Positions 28,860 to 39,603 are shown, counted from the first letter of the stretch. The stretch is DNA of 64,000 nt from Acidobacteriota bacterium (GCA_040755995.1 JBFMAF010000012.1:18500-82499), one strand, 5' to 3'. Made by a program: numbers and translations. The notes: generated by a model not told the origin, from the letters alone.

Positions 28860-30056
28860 TCACACATTCAGTCCGCAATCAGACTCGCGGCCACGGGAAC
28901 GGCGACCACCAGGGCGACGGCCACGGGACGCCGAGAGCACTTCGCGATACAGCTCCACGTAACTCTTCACGACCGCGGACCACTGGTAGTCCCGGAGTGT
29001 CAGCGCGTTGAGCCTTCGCCCCATCTCTCCCAGCGTCTCCCGATTCACGAGCATGGTGGGCAGGGCCCATCGTATGGCGTCGACGTTCGCCGCCACAATG
29101 AGACCGCCGCCCGCCCTCGCGCACTCAGGGAATCCGCACCTGTCCGTCATCAGCACAGGCCTGCCGGCCACACCGGCCTCGAGCGCCACGATGGACATGG
29201 CCTCGCTCCTGGAAGGGATCGCCACCAGCTCCGCATGGCGGAACAGGTCGACCTTGTCGGGACCCGAAATGTGGCCGAGGAAGTGCACCGAGTCAAGTGC
29301 CCCGCGCTCCCGTGCCGTCGACCTGAGTACGCCCAGGAGTCCTTCGTCCGGGCCGGCAAACACGAGGTGCACGTCGGGGATCGAGCCTCGCGCATCGAGA
29401 TACGCATTCAGCAGCAGGTCGGGCCCCTTGATGCGATTCAGCCTGCCGACGAACAGGATATAACTCCTGCCCTCCAACCCCACCCGCTGCAAGAAGTGCC
29501 CCTCCGCGGTCGCGTAGTCGGCCGGATCGATCCCGTTGGGTATCACTCTCACCATCGAGGGGTCGAGCCCATAGGCGGCGAAGTACTGCCTCTCATCCGA
29601 TGTTATGGCGACATGCGCGGATGCCATCCGCACGATCCGACGCCCGATCAGCAGGTCGTACGCCCGCTTCAGCAGAGTCGACCTCCCTGTGATCTGCAGA
29701 CTTCCCGAGGGGCAGACGACATGCGGTACACCGCTGCCGCGCGCCATCATATAGGCCATCGCATTGATCACAGTCCAATGATTCATCAGTGTGACGATGT
29801 CTGCCCGGGAAACCTCATCACGAACCCGTTGCATCCCGCCCCGTGGGAAGTAGAACCTCCGCCAACAGACCGGAAGAGCAGTCACTCGCACCCCCTCCAG
29901 GGCCTCTCGGCGCGCAGTCTGGATGCCGCCATCCGTCGTCAAGAGGCTGCAATCAAGGCCGGCCCTCGCAAGGTGACGGCAGAGCTGAAGAGTGCGTTCG
30001 GCTGTGCCTCCACCCGCCACCGGGTCGAGGGTCATGTTGACGACCAGAATCCTCAC
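28860..30056 (-). CDS. glycosyltransferase family 4
   Basis: GTG start in GTGA overlap with epimerase stop; GGGTA, VIPNGID, FVGRL-x-KG, AGPD, PSRSEAMSIVALEA. Confidence 0.9.
   Translation of the reverse strand: MRILVVNMTLDPVAGGGTAERTLQLCRHLARAGLDCSLLTTDGGIQTARREALEGVRVTALPVCWRRFYFPRGGMQRVRDEVSRADIVTLMNHWTVINAMAYMMARGSGVPHVVCPSGSLQITGRSTLLKRAYDLLIGRRIVRMASAHVAITSDERQYFAAYGLDPSMVRVIPNGIDPADYATAEGHFLQRVGLEGRSYILFVGRLNRIKGPDLLLNAYLDARGSIPDVHLVFAGPDEGLLGVLRSTARERGALDSVHFLGHISGPDKVDLFRHAELVAIPSRSEAMSIVALEAGVAGRPVLMTDRCGFPECARAGGGLIVAANVDAIRWALPTMLVNRETLGEMGRRLNALTLRDYQWSAVVKSYVELYREVLSASRGRRPGGRRSRGRESDCGLNV
28888..28920 (+). repeat. 33-bp repeat, inverted copy of 22177-22209
   Basis: cggccacgggaacggcgaccaccagggcgacgg; lies in the low-complexity C-terminal tail of GT4. 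Confidence 0.75.
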
Positions 30057-30988
30057 GGGCAAACCCACTGCCCACAGGCCGCGACCAGCCTTGCTGCGCC
30101 CGCAACGCCGTGGCTGAACGCGAACCCTGTATGGCGGAGCCTCCGGGACGAATACCGTTGCCCCGGATGCAATGAGTTCCGGCCCCGGAGGCGCTGGGCC
30201 AGGCGCGAGGCGCGCAACGGCAGGTGAGCCACTGGCGCCTGCGGGAGCGGATAGGCGCCGCGGCGAGCCGCGAGATACAGGGTCCAGAGCCCCGAGAAGG
30301 TGTTCATCGGGTCTTCGTCGCAGGAGATGATGTAGCACACCGGCGATGGTTTGGCGCTCCCGATGAGAAAGACCGCTGCGTCGACGACATCCACGATCGA
30401 TATGACATGCGCACAGGCTGCGCCATTGACGAGGATTCGGAGTCTGTCCAGCCACGAACCCCGCGCGGGGTACACAAACGGCCCGGGTCGCGAGGGACCC
30501 ACCACGTGGGTCGGGCGCAACACCGTCAGCCGGCAGTCGCCCATCCCGTTGATCACATCCATCTCCGCAGCCCACTTGCTGCGCTGGTAAGGCGTCACGG
30601 GGCGGCACTCGGCCTCCTCTGTCAGTAGAACGTCACCGGCAGGCCCCGTCACGATTGATGTACTCATGTGGCACATCCGGCGGATCCCTGCCTGCCTGGC
30701 GGCATCAACCAGCCGCCGTGTCCCCATCACATTCACATCCCACATCAGGCCCTCGTCGCGGGTCTCGCCGGCAATGTGCACAAGAAGCGAGCCACCGGAA
30801 AGGAATCGCTGCAACGATTCGGCGTCGTCCAGGCTTCCGCGGCAATGCTCGGCCCGCTCGTCCCGAATAGTATCTCGGCGACTCAGCACCCTCACCCGAT
30901 GACCGTCATCAATCAAGCGTCGTGTCACTGCAGACCCGATGAAGCCGGTGCCCCCCGTGACGCACGTGATGGGGGCTTGCAGGGTCAC
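30053..30988 (-). CDS. NAD-dependent epimerase/dehydratase
   Basis: VTGGTGFIG, NVMGT, YQRSK, LRP. Confidence 0.9.
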   Translation of the reverse strand: MTLQAPITCVTGGTGFIGSAVTRRLIDDGHRVRVLSRRDTIRDERAEHCRGSLDDAESLQRFLSGGSLLVHIAGETRDEGLMWDVNVMGTRRLVDAARQAGIRRMCHMSTSIVTGPAGDVLLTEEAECRPVTPYQRSKWAAEMDVINGMGDCRLTVLRPTHVVGPSRPGPFVYPARGSWLDRLRILVNGAACAHVISIVDVVDAAVFLIGSAKPSPVCYIISCDEDPMNTFSGLWTLYLAARRGAYPLPQAPVAHLPLRASRLAQRLRGRNSLHPGQRYSSRRLRHTGFAFSHGVAGAARLVAACGQWVCP

Positions 30989-31227
30989 GCCACACCACTG
31001 ATGGACGGGCGTCGCTCGCCCGGCCCTCGGACGCTTTTCGAGGAATACCCGGGCGCGGCGAGGCCTGCCGCCCCTTGCTCGAGGGAGCGCTGCCGCTCGT
31101 TCGCGGCCGGAGCGAGCGGCCGCGCGAACCGTCCTGAGGTATCGGGTGCGCTCACGTCCCCAGTCTAGGTCCCCTGGAGGCGGCTGTCAAAGGTCCGCGC
31201 CCCGCCGCCCCAGGCGCTCGTCGCCCG

Positions 31228-31713
31228 CTACCCCGACTTCGCCATCTTCGCGTAGAAAGCGTCCTTTCGCTTGGAGACCTCCTGCGGGGTGAGGTCCTCC
31301 GTGTGCGTGGCGATCGCCCAGTGGTAGCCGAATGGGTCGATCACGCTGCCCACCCGGTCGCCCCAGAACATGTCGTTAGGCGGCATATGGACTAGCGCCC
31401 CGGCGCTGACGGCTCGTTCCATGGTCGAGTCGGCGTGCTCGACGTAGAGATAGATGGACGCCGAGGTTCCTCCGAGAGAGGTCGGCGATTTCACCGGCGA
31501 TCCCTCGAATTCGTCCGCTACGAACACGATCGAGTCGCCGATCCTGAGCTCTGCGTGCGCCAATATCTTCCCATCGGGGCCGTACATTCTCATCAGCTCG
31601 ACTGCGCCGAATGCCCTCTTGTAGAACTCCAGCGCCTCGGCCCCTGATTTCACAATCAACTGTGGGGTGACTGAACGGTACCCTTCCGGTATCGGTCGTG
31701 CAGCCTTTGCCAT
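31228..31713 (-). CDS. VOC/glyoxalase (PhnB-like) protein
   Basis: IPEGY-x-VTP-x-L, FYKRAFGA, HAELRIGDS, DMFWGDR-x-G-x-DPFGYHW. Confidence 0.93.
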   Translation of the reverse strand: MAKAARPIPEGYRSVTPQLIVKSGAEALEFYKRAFGAVELMRMYGPDGKILAHAELRIGDSIVFVADEFEGSPVKSPTSLGGTSASIYLYVEHADSTMERAVSAGALVHMPPNDMFWGDRVGSVIDPFGYHWAIATHTEDLTPQEVSKRKDAFYAKMAKSG

Positions 31714-31950
31714 GATTCATCCTCGATTTCTGCCTATCCCCTGCCCTGCCTACTCAGCATAGCATCCGGATCGTGATTGGCAACCCCTGCGACCCAAGTT
31801 CTTCGCCGCTCCCCACTCGCCGCGTCCTGCGTCGCCGCCTTGCCTCCACCGCGGGCCGTGCGCTACGATCTCGCGCAGATGGGATCGGCATGAGGAACGA
31901 TGGAGCAGATGTAGAGGCGCCTCGCGCCTGCGAGCAGCGGAGGACCGTCC

Positions 31951-32529
31951 ATGGACGGGGCTAGGTACCTGATCGCGTTGCTCCTTGTGATCAGCACGCC
32001 GCCCGGCTTCTTTCTCTGGTTCCTGATACATCCGTTCGCCAGGCAATGGCGCAGGATCGGCGCCCTTTGGACGTACGTGGTGCTCGCGCCCCCGAGCATT
32101 CTCATGATGGTCGCGGTGTTTCATGCGCGGCGGAGCATTCTCGCGATCGAGTTCGGGACCAATTATGTCCTGGTGGCGATATCAGTGTTGGCGCTGGCTG
32201 GAGCGATGCTCATCGCGAGGGCGCGCAAGCGGTACCTGACGTACGGCGTTCTCGCGGGACTGCCCGAGCTCTCGCCGCAACGATATCCCGGGAAGCTCCT
32301 CACAGAAGGCATTTACGGCAGGATCCGCCATCCCCGCTACGTGGAAGTGCTACTCGGCATTCTGGGCTACGCGCTGTTTGCGAACTACCTGGCGGGCTAT
32401 GTCCTGTTCGTTCTGTCCCTGCCCGCACTCTACCAGATAGTTCTGTTGGAGGAGCGCGAGCTGCGCGAACGCTTCGGCGCGGAGTATGTCGAGTACGAGC
32501 GCAGGGTCCCGCGGTTCGTGCCGTGGTGA
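31951..32529 (+). CDS. isoprenylcysteine carboxyl methyltransferase / PEMT family membrane protein
   Basis: LLTEGIYGRIRHPRY, EERELRERFGAEY-x-Y-x-VPRF. Confidence 0.9.
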   Translation: MDGARYLIALLLVISTPPGFFLWFLIHPFARQWRRIGALWTYVVLAPPSILMMVAVFHARRSILAIEFGTNYVLVAISVLALAGAMLIARARKRYLTYGVLAGLPELSPQRYPGKLLTEGIYGRIRHPRYVEVLLGILGYALFANYLAGYVLFVLSLPALYQIVLLEERELRERFGAEYVEYERRVPRFVPW

Positions 32530-32701
32530 GACGCGTCTGCGGTCGCCGCTTTCGGGGTCGGCCGGGCAGGATCCGTGTCCGTTCCTGCCCGTTCGCAAGG
32601 TGAATCCTACCGGTGCATATTTGCGTCTTGATAGACGAGGGCCTGGTATGCACCGCAACGGGCCGTTGCCTGGATTCGACATGAGGTGCTACGATCATAG
32701 G

Positions 32702-33586
32702 ATGAGCGGCCATTTCTCGCTGCACGACGGCGACCGGGTGGTCGAGCTGGCTCGGGAACGCTCCGAGGTCGTGGTGACGCACCCGTACCTGATCGCCGCG
32801 CTTCTGCATGTGCTCGCCATCGTTCTGATCATCGACTTCAGCTTCGGGCCGCCCGAGCTGAATTTCGTGCTGAGGCAGCCGTCGGTCTCGGCCCGGTACG
32901 ACGAGATCCACCTCAAGTTCTACCCTACCGGCGAGTCCGGCAGGGGCGGCGGCGGTGGCGGCGGCGGGAAGGAACTGAAGACCGAGGCGCCGAAGGCATC
33001 GATCGAGGGGCCCGCGCTCAACGCGCCTCCGCTGAAGGCTACGCCGGCGCCACCGGCGCAGCCGGAGCAGAAGGAGCCGGAGCCCGAGGAGCCCGAGCCG
33101 GCCGCAGTACACATCCCTGCCACATTTCCGACAGGCGAGACTACTCAGTCCGGCGTCGTAATCGAAGACGCTCCGCCCAACACAGGCCAGGAGACCGGTG
33201 GGACGGGCTCAGGAGGCGGTGTGGGAGGCGGGCGAGGTCCCGGGGTGGGCGGCGGCGAGGGCCCCGGCGTCGGACCCGGAAGCGGTGGAGGCGTGGGTGG
33301 AGGCCCGTACAGGCCCGGCGGCGGCGTCTCGCTCCCGAAGCTCATTCACGAAGAGAAGGCGAAGTTTCCGGACGAGGCTCGCCGCTACTTTACTACAGGC
33401 GTAGTAGTATTGGAGGCGGTTGTCAAGGCGGACGGCACCGTCGGCGACATCCGTCCGATTCGCACGCTCCCGCACGGCTGCCTCAATGCATCGATCGAGG
33501 CTTTGAAGAAGTGGCGTTTCCTGCCCGGCCGCAAGAACGGCGTCCCCGTCGACGTCTACTTCCTCGTCACCTTCACTTTCTACTAA
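32702..33586 (+). CDS. tonB: energy transducer TonB
   Basis: TM helix with His (AALLHVLAIV), Pro/Glu-rich linker, Gly-rich GPG repeats, C-terminal FPDEARR...GVVVLE...WRFLPG; start uncertain. Confidence 0.88.
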   Translation: MSGHFSLHDGDRVVELARERSEVVVTHPYLIAALLHVLAIVLIIDFSFGPPELNFVLRQPSVSARYDEIHLKFYPTGESGRGGGGGGGGKELKTEAPKASIEGPALNAPPLKATPAPPAQPEQKEPEPEEPEPAAVHIPATFPTGETTQSGVVIEDAPPNTGQETGGTGSGGGVGGGRGPGVGGGEGPGVGPGSGGGVGGGPYRPGGGVSLPKLIHEEKAKFPDEARRYFTTGVVVLEAVVKADGTVGDIRPIRTLPHGCLNASIEALKKWRFLPGRKNGVPVDVYFLVTFTFY

Positions 33587-33794
33587 CCTGGCCCCCCTCC
33601 CCTTTCCCCTTTCGGCTTGACCCTTGACCCTTTTCCCCTTTGTCCCTGTCCGTTGGCTCGTCGTGAAATGGCCCGCCGGACATGCTATGTTATGCGCTTA
33701 TGCATTGGACCGGCAGGACGGTCAGGCAGGCTGTGAAGCTCTACCTGCGAGGCACCCGGTGACCGGGAAGGGCGGCCGACAGGCAACAGAGTCG

Positions 33795-34346
33795 ATGCCG
33801 ACGCCCGACTCTTATTGGGTGAAGCAGGGCGAGCTCATGGCCGGGGAATATCCGGGCGCGTTCTACGAGGACTTGGCTGTCCTCAAGATCGGGCGTTTCC
33901 TCGATCTGGGTATCACGTGCTTCGTCGATCTGACCGAAGAGGGCGAGTACGGCCTGAGACCCTATGCGCCCGCTCTGGAGAGCGAGGGAGCCTCGCGCGG
34001 TCTGGGCGTGCGTCACAGCCGCCTGCCGATCGCCGACATGACTGCGCCTTCTGTTCCGAGCATGAGACGCATTCTCGCCACGATCGAGAAAGCGCTGGCC
34101 GATGGTGACGTCGTATACGTGCACTGCTTCGGGGGAATCGGCCGCACCGGAACCGTCGTTGGATGCTATCTCGTCGAGCACGGGATGAGCGGTGAAGAGG
34201 CCCTGCGTGAGATCGATCGGCTCCGCGACGGCACGCCGGACGGCAACAGGCGATCGCCTGAGACCGATGCACAGCGCGGGATGGTACTCGGCTGGCAGAG
34301 GGCGCTGCGCACTGGTGAGAACAAAGAACAGAGATCAAGTCGTTAA
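33795..34346 (+). CDS. dual-specificity / protein-tyrosine phosphatase
   Basis: SYWV, AGEYPG, PIAD, VHCFGGIGRTG (CX5R), SPETDAQ. Confidence 0.9.
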   Translation: MPTPDSYWVKQGELMAGEYPGAFYEDLAVLKIGRFLDLGITCFVDLTEEGEYGLRPYAPALESEGASRGLGVRHSRLPIADMTAPSVPSMRRILATIEKALADGDVVYVHCFGGIGRTGTVVGCYLVEHGMSGEEALREIDRLRDGTPDGNRRSPETDAQRGMVLGWQRALRTGENKEQRSSR

Positions 34347-34359
34347 GGAGGTATTCGAA

Positions 34360-34854
34360 ATGCCGAAGGACAATATCGTCAAAGCGCTGAACGAACAGAT
34401 CAACGCGGAGCTGTACTCCGCCTATCTCTACTACTCCATGTCTGCCTGCGCGGCATCGATGAATTTCAACGGGTTCGCCGCCTGGCTGCACGTGCAGGCC
34501 AGGGAAGAGCTCGCGCATGCTGACAAGTTCTACATGCACATCATCGACCGCGGCGGCATCGTGACACTCGGCCCCGTGCAGGCCCCGCCCTCGAAGTGGG
34601 AATCGATTCGGACGATCTTCGAGGACGTGAGCAGGCACGAGCAGGAGGTCACGGCGCGTATCCACCGCCTGATGGACGCGGCGATCCAGGAGAAGGACCA
34701 CGCGACCCAGGCCTTCCTGCAGTGGTTCGTGAACGAACAGGTGGAAGAGGAGAGAAACTCATCGGCGCTGCTCGAGCGCATTCGGATGATCGGCGCATCT
34801 GTCGGAAACCTGCTCTACCTGGACAAGGAAGCCGGCAAGCGGAAGGCGGAGTAG
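34360..34854 (+). CDS. ftnA: non-heme ferritin
   Basis: LNEQINAELYSAYLY, QAREELAHA, HEQEVT, FLQWFVNEQVEEE; AAGGAGG RBS. Confidence 0.95.
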   Translation: MPKDNIVKALNEQINAELYSAYLYYSMSACAASMNFNGFAAWLHVQAREELAHADKFYMHIIDRGGIVTLGPVQAPPSKWESIRTIFEDVSRHEQEVTARIHRLMDAAIQEKDHATQAFLQWFVNEQVEEERNSSALLERIRMIGASVGNLLYLDKEAGKRKAE

Positions 34855-35011
34855 ACGCGGAGACGCCGGGACGCGGGGACGCGCTGAACAACCACGGCCT
34901 GGTTCTTCGCGTCTCGCCGTCTCCTGAAGCCGTCGCTCCGGCAGGCCAGCTGCCGGCCCGTGAAACCTGCCCTCTCTGTACACGTTAGAATAGAGATGCG
35001 GCGGGTTTGGA

Positions 35012-36250
35012 GTGGAGTGCTCTCATGAACAGGCACGGAGGAGTGGCGACACGGTGAAGAGCCACCTGTCCGGTTCTTCGCGTCTACCTCTCACTACGAT
35101 GTTCAACTGCCGCACGCATGCAGGAGGAGCTCTGATCTTGGGCTATCGGGCGCTGGTCCTGGTGCTGTTCGCCGGATTGTCGACGGGCTGCAGGAGCGGG
35201 AGCGAGGCGGGCGCCGCAGGGAAGGCCGGCGGTCGATCGCTGAACGTGCGCATGGGGGCGGTCCAGTCGAGAGATGTAGTCTACAGCGTGCAGGCGCTGG
35301 GTTCGCTGGAGGCCGAGGAGCTCGTGCGGATTACCGCGGAGGTGCAAGGTGCGGTCGCCGAAGTGCTCTTCGACGAAGGTGACCGTGTCACTCCCGACAC
35401 CATCCTCGCCCGGATCGATCCTGAGCGGTACAAGGCCGAGGCGGCACGGGCCGAAGCGGCTCAACGCAGGGCGATTGCCGACTGGCAACGGGCCGATGCG
35501 GAGATGAAACGGCGCGAGACGCTGGCCGAGCACCAGCTGGTAGCCGACGAGGAGCTGGCACGGGCGCGGATCGAGACCGAGCGTCTGGCTGCGGACGTAG
35601 CTGCGGCCAAGGCGGCTCTCGACATCGCCCTCCAGAATCTCAAGCGTTCGGACGTGAGACCATCGCGCGCCGGGAGCATCAACACGCGCACTGTGGACAC
35701 CGGGCAGTTCGTGCAGGTTGGAACCGTGCTGGCGACTCTCGTTGACATCGGGCGCCTGCGGCTGCGCTTCAAGGTGTCTGAGGCCGAGTCGCTCCAGGTG
35801 AGACCGGGCCAGCTCGTGACGTTTCGAGTGGCGTCCCTCGGCCGGCGCGACTTCCAGGCCAAGGTTTACCACGTCGGCGACGTCGCCGACCCTGCAACGC
35901 GGCAGGTCGAGGTGCTGGCGTGGGTGAAGAACCCTGGCGTACTGAAGCCGGGCTTCTTCGCCGAGGTGCAGCTGTCAAGCCAATCGCACGCGAACGCGGT
36001 GGTAGTGCCAGAGGGGGCAGTGCAGGCGAGCGAGCGAGGTTTCGTGGTGTACGTGGTCGAAGCCGGAGTGGCCCGTCAGCGCCCTGTGCAGGTGGGGTTG
36101 CGGACGGGTGACGGATCGGTCGAGATCACGTCGGGTCTCCGGCCCGATGAGATCGTCGTCGTCGAAGGGTCCGATCGCCTCGCGGACGGCATTGCGGTCG
36201 TCGATGCAGAGAAGATCCCGTTCAAGCCCAAACCGGGTGCACCGCAATGA
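35012..36250 (+). CDS. RND efflux membrane-fusion (periplasmic adaptor) protein; true start probably downstream
   Basis: LSTGC lipobox; GSLEA, VLFDEGDRV, coiled hairpin, LKPGFF, VPEGAV, VVVEG. Confidence 0.9.
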   Translation: MECSHEQARRSGDTVKSHLSGSSRLPLTTMFNCRTHAGGALILGYRALVLVLFAGLSTGCRSGSEAGAAGKAGGRSLNVRMGAVQSRDVVYSVQALGSLEAEELVRITAEVQGAVAEVLFDEGDRVTPDTILARIDPERYKAEAARAEAAQRRAIADWQRADAEMKRRETLAEHQLVADEELARARIETERLAADVAAAKAALDIALQNLKRSDVRPSRAGSINTRTVDTGQFVQVGTVLATLVDIGRLRLRFKVSEAESLQVRPGQLVTFRVASLGRRDFQAKVYHVGDVADPATRQVEVLAWVKNPGVLKPGFFAEVQLSSQSHANAVVVPEGAVQASERGFVVYVVEAGVARQRPVQVGLRTGDGSVEITSGLRPDEIVVVEGSDRLADGIAVVDAEKIPFKPKPGAPQ

Positions 36251-39200
36251 ACAATACCACGGTTCCCCGCACTCCTGAACCGGCCGAGGACCCCAAGGCC
36301 ATCGCCACCGGAATGACGCTCGCCGACATCTCGATCCGGAACCACGTCTTTGCGTGGATACTGATGTTCGCCCTGATGGGGTTCGGTCTCCTCTGTTACA
36401 CCGGATTCGGCGACGTCTTCCGCGGCCTCGGGATCAGCCAGAACCCCGACGTCGACTTCCCGATCGTCAGCGTCTCGGTCACATGGGAAGGAGCCTCACC
36501 CGAAATCATGGAGACCGACGTCGTGGACGTGCTCGAAGATTCCGTCACCACCGCCGAGGGAGTCAAGGAGATTTCGTCGACGGCCCGGCAGGGGCAGGCT
36601 TCAGTCACTATCGAGTTCGACCTCGGCCGCGACATCGACGCGGCGCTCCAGGATGTCCAGACGAAGGTATCACAGGCCGCCCGGCACCTGCCCCGCGAGA
36701 TCGATCCGCCGACAATCACCAAGACGAACCCCGAGGATCAGCCGATCATCCGGCTGGCGCTCTCGGGCGACCGGACGCCGACGTTCCTTGCGGACTACGT
36801 CCGGAGCGTGATCCGCCCGCAACTGCAGACGATCCCCGGAGTCGGCGAGATCCACGCGTTCGGCTTCCGCGACCGGACAGTGCGGGTGTGGTACGACGCC
36901 GAGCGGCTCGAGGCGCACGGCCTGACCGTGATCGACGTCGACAGCGCGATTGCACGCGAGCATACGGAGGTGCCGGCAGGGCGCATCGAGGGGGCCGATC
37001 GCGAGATGAACGTGCGCGCCATGGGTGAGGCCATCGACGTCGCCGCGTTCGGCGATCTTGTGGTCACCTATCAGAACGCCGCTCCGGTCCGCCTCAAGGA
37101 CGTCGCGGTCGTGGAGGACGGGCTGGAGGACCGCCGCCGCATCGGCCGTGCGATGGGCGAACCCACCATCGGCTTCGGCGTCACGAAGCTGCGCGGAGCC
37201 AACGCGGTCCAGGTCGGTCGCGATGTGAAGGCGAAGCTCGAGCTCGTCAAGGCACAGCTTCCCGCAGGCATGCAACTGAACGTGAACTGGGACACGACCG
37301 TCTTCATCGAGAGATCCATCAACGAGATCCTGTTCACTCTGGTCCTGGCTGCGATCCTTACCGGGGTGGTCTGCTGGCTGTTCCTGGGGTCCTGGTCCAC
37401 GACCGTCAACATCCTGCTGGCCATTCCGACGTCGATTCTCGGGACATTCATCGTCATCTACTTCTTCGGATTCACCCTCAACACCTACACCGTTCTCGGC
37501 CTCACCCTCATAGTCGGCATCGTCGTGGACGACGCCATCATGGTGCTGGAGAACATCTACCGGCACCGCGAGATGCGTGAGGGCAAGGTGTTGGCTGCTT
37601 CAGTCGGGGCGCGAGAGATCACGTTCGCGGCGGCCGCCGCGACGCTGGCGATCGTCGCGATCTTTCTGCCGGTCGCGTTCATGAAGGGGATCATCGGCAG
37701 GTTCTTCTTCCAGTTCGGCGTCACGATCTCTGTGGCGGTGCTTCTCTCGCTGCTCGAGGCGCTGACGCTCGCTCCGATGCGCTGCTCGCGCTTCCTCGAG
37801 GTGGAGCACCGCGGGCGAATCGGAGGCGCGATGGACCGGCTGTTCAAGCGGCTATCGGCGGCGTACCTGCGCGCGCTCCAGCCGGCTCTGCATCACCGGA
37901 CCTGGGTGCTCGCCATCTCAGTGGTTCTGTTCTTCCTGTCGCTGCTCATCGTCCGGCTGTTGCGGCAGGAGTTCGTTCCGAGCCAGGACATGAGTCGTTT
38001 CATGATCCGGTTCCAGACGCCAGTGGGGACGAGTATCGACAGGACCGATCGCTACTTCAATCAGATCGAGTCGTTCTTGATCTCGCGCCCCGAGGTCAAG
38101 CTCTTCGCGGGGTTCATCGGAGGAGGAGGCGGGGAGGTCAATAGCGGGATGGCATACGTGAACATGAAGGAGCCGGACGAGCGCCCGGCCGATCCAGATC
38201 GCAAACGGCCTTTGACCCAGCAGGAGTTCATGGACGTCGTCCGCGCGTTTGCGAACGCGGTCCCCGGAGGGCGCGTCGTGCTTCAGGATCTGTCGCAGGC
38301 CGGCTTCAGCCCTTCGCGCGGAGGCGGCTTCCCGGTGGAATTCAACATCCGCGGCCCCGACTGGAACACGCTGGCCGGCTCGGCCAACGAGATCATGGAG
38401 CAGATGCGACAGTCAGGATTAGTGACCGACGTCGACAGCAACTACCAGGTTGGCATGCCCGAAGTGCAAGTGATACCCGACCGCAACAAGGCGGCGGATC
38501 TCGGCGTCAGCATGGCTGCGATCGGCGAGACGGTCAACGCGGCCATCGGCGGAATGCGCGTCGGCAAGTTCAAGGACCAGGGCCGCCGGTTCGACATTCG
38601 CGTGCGCCTGCTAGCGCCGCAGCGCGAGCGCCCCGAGGACATCGGGCGGCTGCTGGTGCGCACCGGCGGCGGCGGGCTCGTCCGGCTGGGGGACCTGGTC
38701 CGCCTCGAGCAACAGGCGACGCTGCAGACAATCACGCGACGCGACCGCGAGCGCGCGATAACGATCTACGCGAACGTGGTACCCGGCGTCTCGCAGGACA
38801 AGGCCGTGGAACGGTCGCTCGAGGTTGCGCGGGCGGTGCTGCCGGGCGAGTATCGCGCCGTTCCCTCGGGCAGCACACGCGCATTCCACGAGTCGTTCCA
38901 GTCGCTGTGGTTCGCCTTTGCCCTGGGGCTCATTGTGGCATACATGGTGCTGGCATCACAGTTCAACGCATTCTCGCACCCGTTCACGGTGCTTCTGGCC
39001 TTGCCGTTCAGCATCAGTGGAGCCCTGATTGCGCTATGGATCGCGGGCCAGAGCCTGAACGTTTACAGCATGCTCGGGCTCATTCTTCTGATGGGGATCG
39101 CCAAGAAGAACTCGATCATGCTGGTCGATTTCACCAATCAGATTCGCGCGCGGGGTGTGGAACGGCACGAGGCGTTGCTGAAGGCATGCCCGATCCGGCT

Positions 39201-39465
39201 GAGACCGATTCTGATGACGTCGATCGCGACGATCGCCGGCGCGCTGCCCCCTGCGCTCGCGATAGGTCCCGGCGCGGAGCTGCAGCGGCCCATGGCGCTT
39301 GCCGTCGTCGGTGGTGTCGCCGTCTCCACACTCCTCACGCTCTTCGTGGTGCCATCCGCCTACAGCGTGCTCGACGACGTGCTCGAATGGAACCGCCGGC
39401 GCCGCCTGGAGGGTATCGGCCTCCTCACAGCTCTAGCCCGCCCGCGGCGCTCGCAAGCCGGCTGA
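36247..39465 (+). CDS. RND efflux permease (AcrB/HAE1 family)
   Basis: PDVDFPIV, GIVVDDAIMVLENI, MGIAKKNSIMLVDF, RLRPILMTS; ATGA overlap with adaptor. Confidence 0.96.
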   Translation: MNNTTVPRTPEPAEDPKAIATGMTLADISIRNHVFAWILMFALMGFGLLCYTGFGDVFRGLGISQNPDVDFPIVSVSVTWEGASPEIMETDVVDVLEDSVTTAEGVKEISSTARQGQASVTIEFDLGRDIDAALQDVQTKVSQAARHLPREIDPPTITKTNPEDQPIIRLALSGDRTPTFLADYVRSVIRPQLQTIPGVGEIHAFGFRDRTVRVWYDAERLEAHGLTVIDVDSAIAREHTEVPAGRIEGADREMNVRAMGEAIDVAAFGDLVVTYQNAAPVRLKDVAVVEDGLEDRRRIGRAMGEPTIGFGVTKLRGANAVQVGRDVKAKLELVKAQLPAGMQLNVNWDTTVFIERSINEILFTLVLAAILTGVVCWLFLGSWSTTVNILLAIPTSILGTFIVIYFFGFTLNTYTVLGLTLIVGIVVDDAIMVLENIYRHREMREGKVLAASVGAREITFAAAAATLAIVAIFLPVAFMKGIIGRFFFQFGVTISVAVLLSLLEALTLAPMRCSRFLEVEHRGRIGGAMDRLFKRLSAAYLRALQPALHHRTWVLAISVVLFFLSLLIVRLLRQEFVPSQDMSRFMIRFQTPVGTSIDRTDRYFNQIESFLISRPEVKLFAGFIGGGGGEVNSGMAYVNMKEPDERPADPDRKRPLTQQEFMDVVRAFANAVPGGRVVLQDLSQAGFSPSRGGGFPVEFNIRGPDWNTLAGSANEIMEQMRQSGLVTDVDSNYQVGMPEVQVIPDRNKAADLGVSMAAIGETVNAAIGGMRVGKFKDQGRRFDIRVRLLAPQRERPEDIGRLLVRTGGGGLVRLGDLVRLEQQATLQTITRRDRERAITIYANVVPGVSQDKAVERSLEVARAVLPGEYRAVPSGSTRAFHESFQSLWFAFALGLIVAYMVLASQFNAFSHPFTVLLALPFSISGALIALWIAGQSLNVYSMLGLILLMGIAKKNSIMLVDFTNQIRARGVERHEALLKACPIRLRPILMTSIATIAGALPPALAIGPGAELQRPMALAVVGGVAVSTLLTLFVVPSAYSVLDDVLEWNRRRRLEGIGLLTALARPRRSQAG

Positions 39466-39603
39466 CGGGCCACGCGCGACTCTCGGTTCACGGTTCCCGG
39501 TTCGCAGTTCTGAGTTCTTGGTGCTGATCGCATCTGCGCGTCTCAGCGTCTGATCGCGGGGATCGTGGGATGGGCCGTGTGGTGTATACTGCCTCGGGGA
39601 ACC

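Noticed and set aside
33180..33325. GGC-rich repeats
   Set aside because: They encode the normal Gly/Pro linker of TonB.
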